Virus record (IMG/VR): IMGVR_UViG_3300020042_009256
Location: 9,168-73,167 of that record
Source of the DNA: a virus
Taxonomy: Duplodnaviria > Caudoviricetes
DNA length: 64,000 nt
Direction: 5' to 3' (one strand)
This document shows, in pieces, positions 34,983 to 44,518 of the stretch (the stretch's first letter is position 1; each line of letters begins with the position of its first letter). Below the pieces are notes generated by a model, which worked only from the letters and a program-made list of their open reading frames with translations, did no database searches and was not told the DNA's origin. The position numbers and the translations under genes were made by a program.

Positions 34983-37882
34983 TAAAGCCCTTTAAATAAA
35001 GATGTGAATTCACCAAGAACTTGTCTTCCTGTTTTTGAAGAGCTGTTATCTTCTTCATCATCATTTAATTTTAAATCAAAGAAATTCGTATCTTCATCAT
35101 CTTTGGTAGATTTGCTTGTTGTTTTTGTAACTTCTGTTTCATCTTCACCCAGGAGGCTGCTAACTTTACTGAGATTTTCCCAGGGATCTTTTGAATAAAA
35201 ACCAGTTACTTCAAGAGGTTTATTCATGGCTGCTTTACTAAGAATTCCTAGTTCTGATGGATCAGTATCTGGGAAGAATTTTTCATAAAACTCATCTTCA
35301 CTTCCTTTGTAGCCTGCCTTTTGAAATGTTTTATACAACGCATCATCTGTTCTAACTGGCGCATTTTTAAAATCTTCAGGTCTATCAATGTAAGTAATAC
35401 CTAAAACTTCTTGTGTTGGATCTTTTCTTTTTTCATTTAGGTATTTAATCTTCGATCTGATATCTGCAGCAGTACCACTTCTTATGGTGGAAGTAATATA
35501 AGTTTTTAATTCATCAAGAGTTCCTTTCCAGGTATCCATACCAAACTGTTTAAGTGATTCGTCCCAGGTTTTTTTATCATTTGGATCTAATCCTTTTAAC
35601 ATTTCATCGGCAAATTCATCAGGTGTTTTAAATATACCAAAAACAGTCCCCTGTTTTAATGCTTCTCCTTTTAATTGAGGCAGAATATTGTTGTTAATTT
35701 CATCTTGAACTTTCCCAGCATTAAGGATATCTTCCGCTGGATCATAGTTTCTGTGTTGGCCTGCAACTTCAAAATGCATGCGTGCAAAAGCATCTTTGTT
35801 GTTTACATCAATACCATATCGATACGCTTGGCTTACCCAGTAGGGGTCGCCATTTTTTGCTTTATCCCAATCACTGGCTACGGTTTCCCTTTGGTTTACG
35901 TATGAGCCATTTGCTTCTCTTCCTTTATTACCTGTTGGATTAAAATAAAATTCTGCATTAAAACCACGGGGGCCTGTGCTTCCTATTTGATCTAAATACA
36001 TTTTCGCACGTAAATCAGCAGTTTGTTTTACAGCGTTAAGCATGACTTGAGTTTGGAATGGGTTTTGTTCTTCTTGCCTAACGTCTAAATACTCAACAAA
36101 TTCATCCATTGATCTTGATTCATCAAAGCGTGGCTTTAAATATTTAGTTATGAAATCATTTGCAAATCCTTTGTCAATTCTTACTTGCTCTTTTGCATCT
36201 CCAACAGAATAACCTAATTCAAGATCTTTGTTATATTTTTCTGTTAATGCATTATCAAACCATTGTTGCCAATTATATATAGCGTTGTTGTTTGTTGTTT
36301 TTGTTAATCCTTCAATGCCTTTTTCTAATGATTCTTTTTGTTTTTCTCCTGCTGACCCCATCATTGCAAGTGTTCCGCCTATGCCCGAATCACCAAGAAG
36401 TGACTCAGATAATGTTTTACCCATGTCCATAATTTCGCCAACACCTGAAAATCCTTTTAACGTTGCTAAAGTACTTTCTTTTGCTTTCTGTTTTTTCATT
36501 TCAGTGATTGTATCTTGTAAAACGTTTTGTGATAATGCAGAAAATCGTTTTACATCCACCATGGCTTTATCACCAACTGCTTGATTTAATGCATCTTCTA
36601 AGTCAGTGACACCATATCCCATATTTGCGTTGTACCTAAAGCTGATATTTTTATCCTCAGGTCTATCAGATAATCTGAATAAAGCTGCAAATTCATCTGG
36701 TTTATTAACATCCAAGTACTTTTCTTTTGCTAACTTGTCCCAGTAAGCGTCTCCATTTATCGCTGCTTCCCACTGAGCATTAATTTCTGGGATGTTAAGC
36801 AGGCGATCTGTTTGTGTGCCTGTGTTTATTCCTAGTTGTAAATCACGAGCATTTTGAATATCTGCATCAGTAGGTTTTTCTGTGTAAGCGTCTGCTTGAT
36901 TTAAAACTTCTGCTTTGTTTCCACGAGCACCTGCTGGTTTTCCTTGGCTTGTATAGTGTTGTAAATAAAACCCACGCTCTCCATAACGTTCTGTAATATC
37001 AATGTCATCATTTTGTACTGCAGCTTGCCATTGTTGTACTGCTGCAGGGTTATTTTCTTTGTAATAATCAGACTCAAAAACACCATATGCAGGTCTAGCA
37101 CCTAAAGCTGGGTCCCATCTTTCTAATTTTTGATCTCTGTAGAAATCTTTAAATCCATCTTTAACTGCATTTTTAACAGCACTTGATGTATTTAATGCAT
37201 CTAATGCATTTCTTTGATCGATATAACTTCCTTTTTGCGTAGCGTATGCAATTTGTTCTGCTTTGTCATAAGCTTCGTTAGTTTGTTTATTTTGATTTTC
37301 AATAACAGCAAGTCTTTTGTTTAATTCAGCATATGCAGCATTTTCTCGTTTATTGTTTTGACTTTCGTTATATGCATTTACAATTGTTTCTGATTGAGCA
37401 CGACCATGATCATATTTAGCGCTGCCACTTTCTGACCAATCTTCTCCACCAAGCCTGGCTTGGAGATACCCTGCAATATCATCTCTACTTGCTCCTGCTA
37501 CTTCACTAAACGGAACCCAAACATAACGTGTTTCTGTTGTGTAAAAAGGATTGCCCGAATCATCTGTGTCACCACTACCAAAAATTTCATAAGTAGTACC
37601 GTCATCATTAACTGGCCTTATGTGAACCGTATACGGAATATTTACGCCATCAGGAGCGTTTTTATTAGTCGGATAGGTAGCTAGATTTGTTTCTTTTTTG
37701 CTACTGTTGAATTTTTTCTTGTTTGAATCATAATAAAACGAAACACTGTCAGCGGCTTGTTGCTCAGCTTTTACAAGATTTAAACCTGCTTGAAATCCTT
37801 CCCATTTGGTAATATCCTGATCAACATTGCCCCAGGCAAGACCCGGCTCTGTACTACCACCACCACCTTGGCCTTTACTCAT
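34982..37882 (-). CDS. 966-aa probable internal virion protein
   Basis: Long ORF in the structural block with internal repeated modules. Confidence 0.65.
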   Translation of the reverse strand: MSKGQGGGGSTEPGLAWGNVDQDITKWEGFQAGLNLVKAEQQAADSVSFYYDSNKKKFNSSKKETNLATYPTNKNAPDGVNIPYTVHIRPVNDDGTTYEIFGSGDTDDSGNPFYTTETRYVWVPFSEVAGASRDDIAGYLQARLGGEDWSESGSAKYDHGRAQSETIVNAYNESQNNKRENAAYAELNKRLAVIENQNKQTNEAYDKAEQIAYATQKGSYIDQRNALDALNTSSAVKNAVKDGFKDFYRDQKLERWDPALGARPAYGVFESDYYKENNPAAVQQWQAAVQNDDIDITERYGERGFYLQHYTSQGKPAGARGNKAEVLNQADAYTEKPTDADIQNARDLQLGINTGTQTDRLLNIPEINAQWEAAINGDAYWDKLAKEKYLDVNKPDEFAALFRLSDRPEDKNISFRYNANMGYGVTDLEDALNQAVGDKAMVDVKRFSALSQNVLQDTITEMKKQKAKESTLATLKGFSGVGEIMDMGKTLSESLLGDSGIGGTLAMMGSAGEKQKESLEKGIEGLTKTTNNNAIYNWQQWFDNALTEKYNKDLELGYSVGDAKEQVRIDKGFANDFITKYLKPRFDESRSMDEFVEYLDVRQEEQNPFQTQVMLNAVKQTADLRAKMYLDQIGSTGPRGFNAEFYFNPTGNKGREANGSYVNQRETVASDWDKAKNGDPYWVSQAYRYGIDVNNKDAFARMHFEVAGQHRNYDPAEDILNAGKVQDEINNNILPQLKGEALKQGTVFGIFKTPDEFADEMLKGLDPNDKKTWDESLKQFGMDTWKGTLDELKTYITSTIRSGTAADIRSKIKYLNEKRKDPTQEVLGITYIDRPEDFKNAPVRTDDALYKTFQKAGYKGSEDEFYEKFFPDTDPSELGILSKAAMNKPLEVTGFYSKDPWENLSKVSSLLGEDETEVTKTTSKSTKDDEDTNFFDLKLNDDEEDNSSSKTGRQVLGEFTSLFKGL

Positions 37883-37902
37883 TGAAAATACTAAGGTCTA
37901 CT

Positions 37903-38265
37903 TCAACAAGCATATTCTATTGTGTTGTATTTTTGTGCTTGTACTACCAATACATCTTGAGAAACCCACTGATCAATTTTTCGATGTTTAAAAGAACAGT
38001 AAAATTCTTGCCGTTTGTACCAGGCCTCCATTGGTTCGCTTGCTTTTGATGTGTTGCAACGACGGCATGCGGGAATTAAATTGTTTCGATTACTAGAACC
38101 AGATTTGAAACGTGGAATAATGTGGTCAAGGCTTGTGGCTTCTTCGCCGCAATAACCACATTTACAGTCCCAGGAATCGTAAATAGCTTGTCTAAATCGT
38201 TTCTTTGCAAGTTTGGGAGTTAGTTCAAGGAGCAATGCGAGGGGTTCGTGTTCGCAGCTGAACAT
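37903..38265 (-). CDS. HNH endonuclease
   Basis: CGYCG..SLDHIIPR..G..NRNNLIPACRRCNTSK. Confidence 0.9.
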   Translation of the reverse strand: MFSCEHEPLALLLELTPKLAKKRFRQAIYDSWDCKCGYCGEEATSLDHIIPRFKSGSSNRNNLIPACRRCNTSKASEPMEAWYKRQEFYCSFKHRKIDQWVSQDVLVVQAQKYNTIEYAC

Positions 38266-38348
38266 GCTCAATTTGCAGTTATCTTATTTTAATTTGACTT
38301 CACACATTTTCCGCTTAAATGTAAAGATAAAAAAACCGTAAAACCCCC

Positions 38349-38376
38349 TTGACAAGGTTTGGCGGCCTGATAGGGT
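38349..38376 (+). promoter_or_regulatory. sigma70-type promoter with extended -10
   Basis: TTGACA-16 nt-TAGGGT preceded by TGA, upstream of ATG 38403. Confidence 0.65.
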
Positions 38377-38402
38377 AGAGGGACACAAGACTTTCTCAAG
38401 TC

Positions 38403-38612
38403 ATGACCAAACAACGTGAGTGGGTTTCCATTCAACAAGCTGAAACTCTTCTAGGCATTGATCGCAAAACCCTCTTCAAATACCGTGACGACGGCACCCT
38501 CAAGCTTGGTCCCCACTTCGCTGCTTTCCCTGGCACCTACTCACGCGATAGCTACCGTTGGAACGTTGAAAAGGTTCGGAAGCACTTGAACAAAATGGCA
38601 GCTGCCGTTTGA
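38403..38612 (+). CDS. excisionase/MerR-like HTH protein
   Basis: WVSIQQAETLLGIDRKTLFKYR. Confidence 0.8.
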   Translation: MTKQREWVSIQQAETLLGIDRKTLFKYRDDGTLKLGPHFAAFPGTYSRDSYRWNVEKVRKHLNKMAAAV

Positions 38613-38628
38613 TTTCAAAACAAAACTT

Positions 38629-38659
38629 AAAGCAGTCCCGCTTATGGGGCTGCTTTTTT
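38629..38659 (+). terminator. intrinsic terminator
   Basis: AAAGCAGTCCC-GCTTAT-GGGGCTGCTTT followed by TTT. Confidence 0.85.
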
Positions 38660-38879
38660 ATGCAGGTCCGATACCACTTGCATACGCTGCCCATGCAGCG
38701 CCTAACGCATTTATTGTTGATGTTTCCCCAGTGGTATATGGCAGGTTTACTACATCACCAGGAGAGTACACTGTGGGGCTACCGCTGTAAAAAACTTCAC
38801 TAAAACCAAATTTACTAGCTTTTAATTGTTCTTCAGACAGTATGTAGCGTGTTTCAATAATTTCACCAAAATCAGCCAT
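38658..38879 (-). CDS. small structural-region protein
   Basis: 73-aa ORF directly after the SWIM gene. Confidence 0.65.
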   Translation of the reverse strand: MADFGEIIETRYILSEEQLKASKFGFSEVFYSGSPTVYSPGDVVNLPYTTGETSTINALGAAWAAYASGIGPA

Positions 38880-38881
38880 GG

Positions 38882-40363
38882 TTATACAGCGGGTAATTCT
38901 CCGGCAGATGGGTTGTAAAACGCACCGGTCTTATCTTGCATTCTAAAGTTTTCTAACCTAATAAACGATGTTGGTACGTTGAGTAATTTCTGCAACATAG
39001 GAAGAACTTGGGGCGATTGAAAGTTTTGTGGTGGTACATCCATAAGTGCCATGGCCCGTAATCCATTTGTTCTTTGAATGTGTTCTTTGGTTTCATGAGA
39101 TTCATGCACTAATCGTTGTTCCCAAGCCGTAAGACTTTCTTCTGTATCTACGGGATAATCAGAAGGCTCTGGCGGCAAAATACCTTCTTCAAAACGTAAT
39201 GCATAAATGTGTTTGCAGTACCGCATTTCATCAAGTAACGGTGACCAATAATCAGAGAATGAAATAATTTGATTGTTTTTAGCTGTGTAATCAACAAAGG
39301 TTGTTGGTCCTTCCGCTCTACGAGCAGCAGAAAAATTCCTTAAATAACGACCGCCAAAATCATTAAACACCCCTGGGTTGTCAATAGATTCTGCAGTCAA
39401 GGTTAGGTCTCTATTTGTATTTGCATTTGTCATTGCACGATTATCAACTGAACCGGTTCCTTGATCTGTAATTACTTCATGGCGACCATACTTAAGCAAA
39501 GATGGTTTTGTATATGGAAACCGACGTCGTTCTTTGCCATCTAAATTCATCATGAAAGCGTAACTACGCCGACTAAAATCTTGACACGAACAAGCGTAAC
39601 GTGTTCCAATAGTTAAGTAACGCCCTGCAGTTGGCTTTCTTGTTGCGGGTGTTAAGTAAAGATTGTCGGGACTAGCTTCAAAGGAACTAGTTTTTTGTAG
39701 TTTTAAAATTCCGTTATTCCCATCAACGTCAATTAAAATTGCTTGGACAAAGCCATATCTTTTATCTGTTACTGGATTTAATGTATCTTTGGTAATCGGT
39801 ACACCTTCTGGGACAAGAATACGATCTTCTAGTATTTCACCTAATAAAGGTTTGAGAGCTGGTCCAGAAGGATTTGGTACATATAAAGGCGGTGGTAAAG
39901 GATTGACACTACTCCAAGTCCCTGCAAGCTGTACGTACCAGTACTCATCATCTTCTGTTACAGAAGCAATGCTTGCCAGGGTTCCAGTTGAATCCTGTAC
40001 GTTATCAAACCGAAGAATCGCCCCTACACGGCATCCAGCCCAGTGCACGCCGAATTCTTTGTTTGATGTAGGGAAGCCTTGTACAACCCCCAGGATTAAA
40101 GGCTGACGACCTTCCGTTGGTGCTGTGCCATCTGGATATGGTACTTGGTATTGGAACGGGTAAGTTAATGCATGTTGTACACCAACTCCAGCAGAAATTT
40201 CATAACCACGACGCCATCGAGTCCATGCTGACTCTCGATCCATTCGTGCAATAGAGTTAGGAACTGAACCTTTAGAAAACTCTGTTGTTACTGGTTGGAC
40301 TCTTGTGATAGATGGAATATCTTGGGCTCCAAAAGAACCAAAGTTATTTCCTTGTTTAGCCAT
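38882..40363 (-). CDS. 493-aa protein with a split SWIM-type motif
   Basis: YACSCQDF ... YCKHIYAL. Confidence 0.65.
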   Translation of the reverse strand: MAKQGNNFGSFGAQDIPSITRVQPVTTEFSKGSVPNSIARMDRESAWTRWRRGYEISAGVGVQHALTYPFQYQVPYPDGTAPTEGRQPLILGVVQGFPTSNKEFGVHWAGCRVGAILRFDNVQDSTGTLASIASVTEDDEYWYVQLAGTWSSVNPLPPPLYVPNPSGPALKPLLGEILEDRILVPEGVPITKDTLNPVTDKRYGFVQAILIDVDGNNGILKLQKTSSFEASPDNLYLTPATRKPTAGRYLTIGTRYACSCQDFSRRSYAFMMNLDGKERRRFPYTKPSLLKYGRHEVITDQGTGSVDNRAMTNANTNRDLTLTAESIDNPGVFNDFGGRYLRNFSAARRAEGPTTFVDYTAKNNQIISFSDYWSPLLDEMRYCKHIYALRFEEGILPPEPSDYPVDTEESLTAWEQRLVHESHETKEHIQRTNGLRAMALMDVPPQNFQSPQVLPMLQKLLNVPTSFIRLENFRMQDKTGAFYNPSAGELPAV

Positions 40364-40366
40364 TAG

Positions 40367-41143
40367 TTAGAAGAATCCACCTTGAGCAATAACCTGTACT
40401 CCGGGAATGTATCCAGAAACGTTTGGACCATCCGGAAAAACACCAACGTAAATACGATCTCCACGCTCCAGGTAAATACCTTTGTTACGTAAGGGTGCAG
40501 TAGTGCCTAACCCGTTTGTGTTTCCTGCAGAAGCCATTGGATAAGCAATTTGAGGAAGCAAGTCAGAGCAATCAACTATCCCACTGTTGGCTGGGATTGT
40601 TTTTGCAAACAAAAGATTATAGTCACCAGATCCAGGGATTGGTGTTGTAGTGTTACGAGTCTGGTAGAAAACAAAAGTTGCGGCTGGTTGGTAACCGTAG
40701 GCAATACCTTGCCAGAAAAAACCAGTTGCAGTAAGTCCTGAGTAATTTAAAGCACCGAGTTTACCTGTGGTGGTAGTTCCTGTGTATGTGTAGTAACCAA
40801 CGCCACTGGCAAAGCCATTGTTCATAGCACCTGTGGTAGAAACATACACGATCTGTCCGCTTGACAAGGAAACAGGATTGCCGGAAGTAGTGATATCTAA
40901 AGTAAAATCTGGAGCCCGATAAAAATCGTTACGGACAATAGTAATCGAATCAACTACACCACCAGAATTATTATCTTCACTTAAAGTTGCGTCCATGTCT
41001 ACCAAGATGGACGGAGCTTGGCCACCCTGTACAAACAACGTGCTTGCGCCTGCGCTGCCAACAACCTGTGTCGTTACTCGCACCGTGTCAAATAACGGGC
41101 GATCCGAAAATACTGGCTGCTTATTGGTTGAGGTGGATGCCAC
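40367..41143 (-). CDS. virion structural protein
   Basis: STNKQPVFSDRPL N-terminus; Gly/Thr-rich beta protein. Confidence 0.6.
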   Translation of the reverse strand: MASTSTNKQPVFSDRPLFDTVRVTTQVVGSAGASTLFVQGGQAPSILVDMDATLSEDNNSGGVVDSITIVRNDFYRAPDFTLDITTSGNPVSLSSGQIVYVSTTGAMNNGFASGVGYYTYTGTTTTGKLGALNYSGLTATGFFWQGIAYGYQPAATFVFYQTRNTTTPIPGSGDYNLLFAKTIPANSGIVDCSDLLPQIAYPMASAGNTNGLGTTAPLRNKGIYLERGDRIYVGVFPDGPNVSGYIPGVQVIAQGGFF

Positions 41144-41182
41144 GCTTCTTACATCGACTTTTCATTAATTATAACTGCTGTT

Positions 41183-41452
41183 CTACTGTGAAGCAAATTG
41201 ATTAAATGCTAAAAAATCTGGGGGCAAATTCATTTTAGATGCGACCATAGCATCTGGATTATTTTGCCAATTCAAAAAATCTTGAAAAGAAGTACCTTCG
41301 TTTGCAGTTGATTTAAACGCAGGCCTGTTCCATTTTTTGTTTGCTTCATATGCAATGGTTGCCATTGGATTTAATGACGCTGTTTCATAAGAAGCCCTAC
41401 GCAACTCTCCTGGTAAGTTGCCGCTTTCAATGTAGTCAGCAAAACGTGCCAT
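41183..41452 (-). CDS. hypothetical virion-region protein
   Basis: Coupled to the upstream gene. Confidence 0.6.
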   Translation of the reverse strand: MARFADYIESGNLPGELRRASYETASLNPMATIAYEANKKWNRPAFKSTANEGTSFQDFLNWQNNPDAMVASKMNLPPDFLAFNQFASQ

Positions 41453-42090
41453 TATGCAAAAAGATCAAGGTAATCACTAGGCATGGCATCAGCCATGGCA
41501 AGGTTGCTATCCATTAACAACCCAGTTGAACTGCGTTGTTGCATAACAGCTGGTATAACTTGTTTTAATACTTGTTGTAATAAAGAATTTCCTAGGTTGT
41601 TACCTTTTTCAACAGCTTGTGTTATTGCGGGCGGAGGAGGTGGTCCCAGGTTACCCAACTGTCCATAAGCCATTCTTGCTGCTTTAAAACGATTTTCATC
41701 TTTAGGAACACCAGCTCTTTCGTAATCACGCCTGAAAACTAAAGCGGCTTGTTCCGGTGATACTGCACCACGTAATGAGGCAAGTGAGTTTTTTTCCGTG
41801 CCTTGTAACTCATGGACTAAAAATTGTGCCTGCAAATTTGGATCACCGGGATCCATTTTTTTTTGCTTAGCATAATTTACAAGATTGGTTTGCCTTGGAC
41901 CAGTCCATTGCAAAAAACCATAGCCACCTTTCCCAAGTGGGTTGCCAACTACACCGCCTTCATTAACTCGTGTATTAAAACCAGATTCCTGGAACCCGTT
42001 ACCCAAGATACCAGCTATCTGTCCATTGCTCAACGCAAGGTTGTTTCTTAAGGCCCTAGCAAAAATAGCGGCGTTTGGATTTAGTTCCAT
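41452..42090 (-). CDS. phage tail lysozyme (lysozyme2-type) virion hydrolase
   Basis: IAGILGN..QESG..GYGFLQWTG.R...Q..FLVHEL...AA..F...YER.G. Confidence 0.85.
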   Translation of the reverse strand: MELNPNAAIFARALRNNLALSNGQIAGILGNGFQESGFNTRVNEGGVVGNPLGKGGYGFLQWTGPRQTNLVNYAKQKKMDPGDPNLQAQFLVHELQGTEKNSLASLRGAVSPEQAALVFRRDYERAGVPKDENRFKAARMAYGQLGNLGPPPPPAITQAVEKGNNLGNSLLQQVLKQVIPAVMQQRSSTGLLMDSNLAMADAMPSDYLDLFA

Positions 42091-42097
42091 TAGTTTT

Positions 42098-42220
42098 CTA
42101 TCCTTCTGCTCCTACCCAGTTTGATTCAGCTTTGAGACCAGGGGTAAATACTGTTTGAGAAACCAGGAACAGACTTACGGCTGTAGCAAGACGCTTGACA
42201 AACTTAGGGCAAAGAATCAT
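42098..42220 (-). CDS. 40-aa signal-peptide-like ORF (below the ORF cutoff)
   Basis: MILCPKFVKRLATAVSLFLVSQTVFTPGLKAESNWVGAEG. Confidence 0.55.
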   Translation of the reverse strand: MILCPKFVKRLATAVSLFLVSQTVFTPGLKAESNWVGAEG

Positions 42221-42234
42221 TGGTTTAATGCAAC

Positions 42235-42309
42235 AACACTGGCTTCCGTGAATACAAAGGTATTCGTTATCCAGTTGGTGGACTTACCTGCTGAGCAGTG
42301 CCAAGTGTT
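42235..42309 (-). ncRNA. candidate four-way-junction leader RNA
   Basis: A closing stem and three hairpins lie between a TAGACT -10 box (42313-42318) and ATG 42220. Confidence 0.5.
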
Positions 42310-42326
42310 TTCAGTCTAACAAATGT

Positions 42327-43127
42327 TTATTTAATCCTTTGATTGTAAGCTTGTGCAATAAGCTGACGCTGCTTTTCATCAATGATACCAGCAGATGGAG
42401 CGTATGCCTGAACAGGATCGGTTAAGTAATCCGTAACGTTTTTAGGCAAAGGTTGATTAAATACTCCCGAAGCTACAGAAGATTGCAAAGCTGACGTGTC
42501 AAGTCCAGGGATGTTAAGCGGCGTGGTAAAAGCTTGTCCAATATCTCCTGGCATTGTACTTGTATCGACAGCAGGGGCAGTAAAGCTGGTTTGTGCCGAG
42601 TACTGAGGCATTACTCCTTTCAATGGACTTAAGTTTTGGAACGCTGTTAAAACATCGGAATACCCAGTAGCACCGGGTTTTAATTTTCTTGCTAAATCAG
42701 GGTTTGTTTGTGCCCAAATCTGCATGCCAATTTTTTCCCTTTCATCACCTTTAGCTGCATTGTATTGCTTGCTTAGTTCAGCAATCTGATATTTTTTGAA
42801 TAAAGGGTCTTGTTCTGTTAATTGAGCAATTCTTGATTTTTCTGCTTCATACTCACGCTTTCCTGCAGGAGTTGTATCTGTTGTGGTTGTAGTTACTGTA
42901 GGTTGTGCTGTACTCATTCCTTCCGGACGTTTGGGAAGGTTAAATCTTTCTGAATACAAATAAGATTTTGGATTTAAAAAGTTGCGATACGCCTGTTGTA
43001 GTCCGGGATTTTTAATGCCAGGTTGAAATATATTTCCAATGGCTTCTGTAAAGCCATAATCAACAGTACCTGGGATACGTCCTTGCACTGGTGTATTAGG
43101 AACAAAAAACTTTTTAGGGGTAGCCAT
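42327..43127 (-). CDS. probable internal virion protein
   Basis: 266-aa P/T/Q-rich ORF. Confidence 0.55.
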   Translation of the reverse strand: MATPKKFFVPNTPVQGRIPGTVDYGFTEAIGNIFQPGIKNPGLQQAYRNFLNPKSYLYSERFNLPKRPEGMSTAQPTVTTTTTDTTPAGKREYEAEKSRIAQLTEQDPLFKKYQIAELSKQYNAAKGDEREKIGMQIWAQTNPDLARKLKPGATGYSDVLTAFQNLSPLKGVMPQYSAQTSFTAPAVDTSTMPGDIGQAFTTPLNIPGLDTSALQSSVASGVFNQPLPKNVTDYLTDPVQAYAPSAGIIDEKQRQLIAQAYNQRIK

Positions 43128-43588
43128 TACCTACAAACTCCTCTTAAGAAAATACGGGAACCAACAGCTGTGTCGGCAGGTCCAGGTAAAGCCTGGATGA
43201 ATTCAGCACCTGAACGTTCGTAACGATAGCGAGCCTGAAAAGGATCTTTATAGTTAGGTACGTACAAGATACCAGCAAGGCGATTGGTTTCGTAGAGATA
43301 AATCTCATCCCAAACCTTTAACGCTTCTTTGGCATTACTTGATCTAATTGTACGATCAACATCCCCTGCAATACTTTCTAAACGTGTGGAAGGCGAAGTT
43401 GCGACTTCGGTTTTTCGTTCAGCCGTATCACAGCGTCCAATTTGAATGACAATCTTATCGTAAAAATAAGAGTCTGGTACTGTGTTAAGAGATTCTTCTA
43501 GACGTGAATAATCACCAGCAGGTACTGATACAACAAAGTAACCTAGGTGATACCTAACCCTGCTCTTGTCGAAGTCAGATAATTGCAC
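43127..43588 (-). CDS. possible head-tail adaptor
   Basis: DKSRVRYHLG N-terminus, size and position near the capsid genes. Confidence 0.4.
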   Translation of the reverse strand: MQLSDFDKSRVRYHLGYFVVSVPAGDYSRLEESLNTVPDSYFYDKIVIQIGRCDTAERKTEVATSPSTRLESIAGDVDRTIRSSNAKEALKVWDEIYLYETNRLAGILYVPNYKDPFQARYRYERSGAEFIQALPGPADTAVGSRIFLRGVCR

Positions 43589-43627
43589 TTCTAAAACTCT
43601 TCGTTATTTGATTATAAAGCAACAAAA

Positions 43628-44518
43628 TCAGCGGGATTGTCTTTGTAGTTGAGACTGTAGTTCTTTAATTTTCTTATCTCTAGAATCTTCAATACCAAGT
43701 TGATTGGATACTAGACCACCTGCCGCTAGTCCACCCATTATGCCAATTTCATCACCTAGAAATCTACCTACGGCGCGGCCAACATTTTCTCCCGTAACTG
43801 GTACGGTGGGTTGTAATAAAGAATCAAAGACGTCACTAAGTGCTTTATCTGTACCAGGGACTTTTATTTCTTTTGCTTCTTGATGTTTTGCCATTCTGGC
43901 AATGTTTTCATCCATGCGATTAGCAGCGTTTGAGGCGACTGCCTGCTCAGTTTTTCTATAAGGAGAAGTAGCGTGATGTACGAGAGTATGCCGTTGTTCT
44001 TCAGACAAACCTGACCACATTTCTGCTGCAGCTGCGGCTTTACGTCCTGCTTTAACATCTGGAATATATTGGATAAACTCATCTGCTGTAACTCCATATT
44101 TTTGTGCGAATTGATTAGGATTGATTAAGGCTTCCTCTAGCATTGCAGAAGAAGTTTCATTAATCAACGATTCTTGAACAGCAAGTTTCATTGCTCTTCC
44201 TTGTTGCTTTGCCCCCTCAACACTAGATTCTGAACCTGTTAATCTAACTAATGCAGCAATTGGACTGTTTTGATTTTTTAACGGATTTGGATTAATACGT
44301 TTTCCTATTGCCGCACCTATCTTGCGACCTGCCATACCAACTCCAATTCCACCTGCTATGGCGCCTACTGTTTTTAAAGCTATTTCTTCAGGGGGAGTAT
44401 CTGTTCCAATTTGAGCGCCACCTGCCATCCCGCCGCCCATTACACCTTCTACTACCTCTTCTCCTACTGGAGTTTGCAAAAACTCAAGTAACCTGTTTTG
44501 CGTGCCTGCTAATTTCAT
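43628..44518 (-). CDS. Gly-rich protein with hydrophobic segments
   Basis: GAIAGGIGVGMAG and GIMGGLAAGGLV segments. Confidence 0.6.
   Translation of the reverse strand: MKLAGTQNRLLEFLQTPVGEEVVEGVMGGGMAGGAQIGTDTPPEEIALKTVGAIAGGIGVGMAGRKIGAAIGKRINPNPLKNQNSPIAALVRLTGSESSVEGAKQQGRAMKLAVQESLINETSSAMLEEALINPNQFAQKYGVTADEFIQYIPDVKAGRKAAAAAEMWSGLSEEQRHTLVHHATSPYRKTEQAVASNAANRMDENIARMAKHQEAKEIKVPGTDKALSDVFDSLLQPTVPVTGENVGRAVGRFLGDEIGIMGGLAAGGLVSNQLGIEDSRDKKIKELQSQLQRQSR

Noticed and set aside
27150-38353. Shared 14-mer AAAACCCCCTTGAC (minus strand at 27156-27169, plus strand at 38340-38353)
   Set aside because: Dozens of chance 14-mer matches are expected in 64 kb on two strands. One copy is a terminator arm and the other a -35 region.
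38403-38612. Evidence of lysogeny from an excisionase-like HTH
   Set aside because: No integrase, repressor or att-like site is visible in the window; such HTH genes are common in lytic phages.
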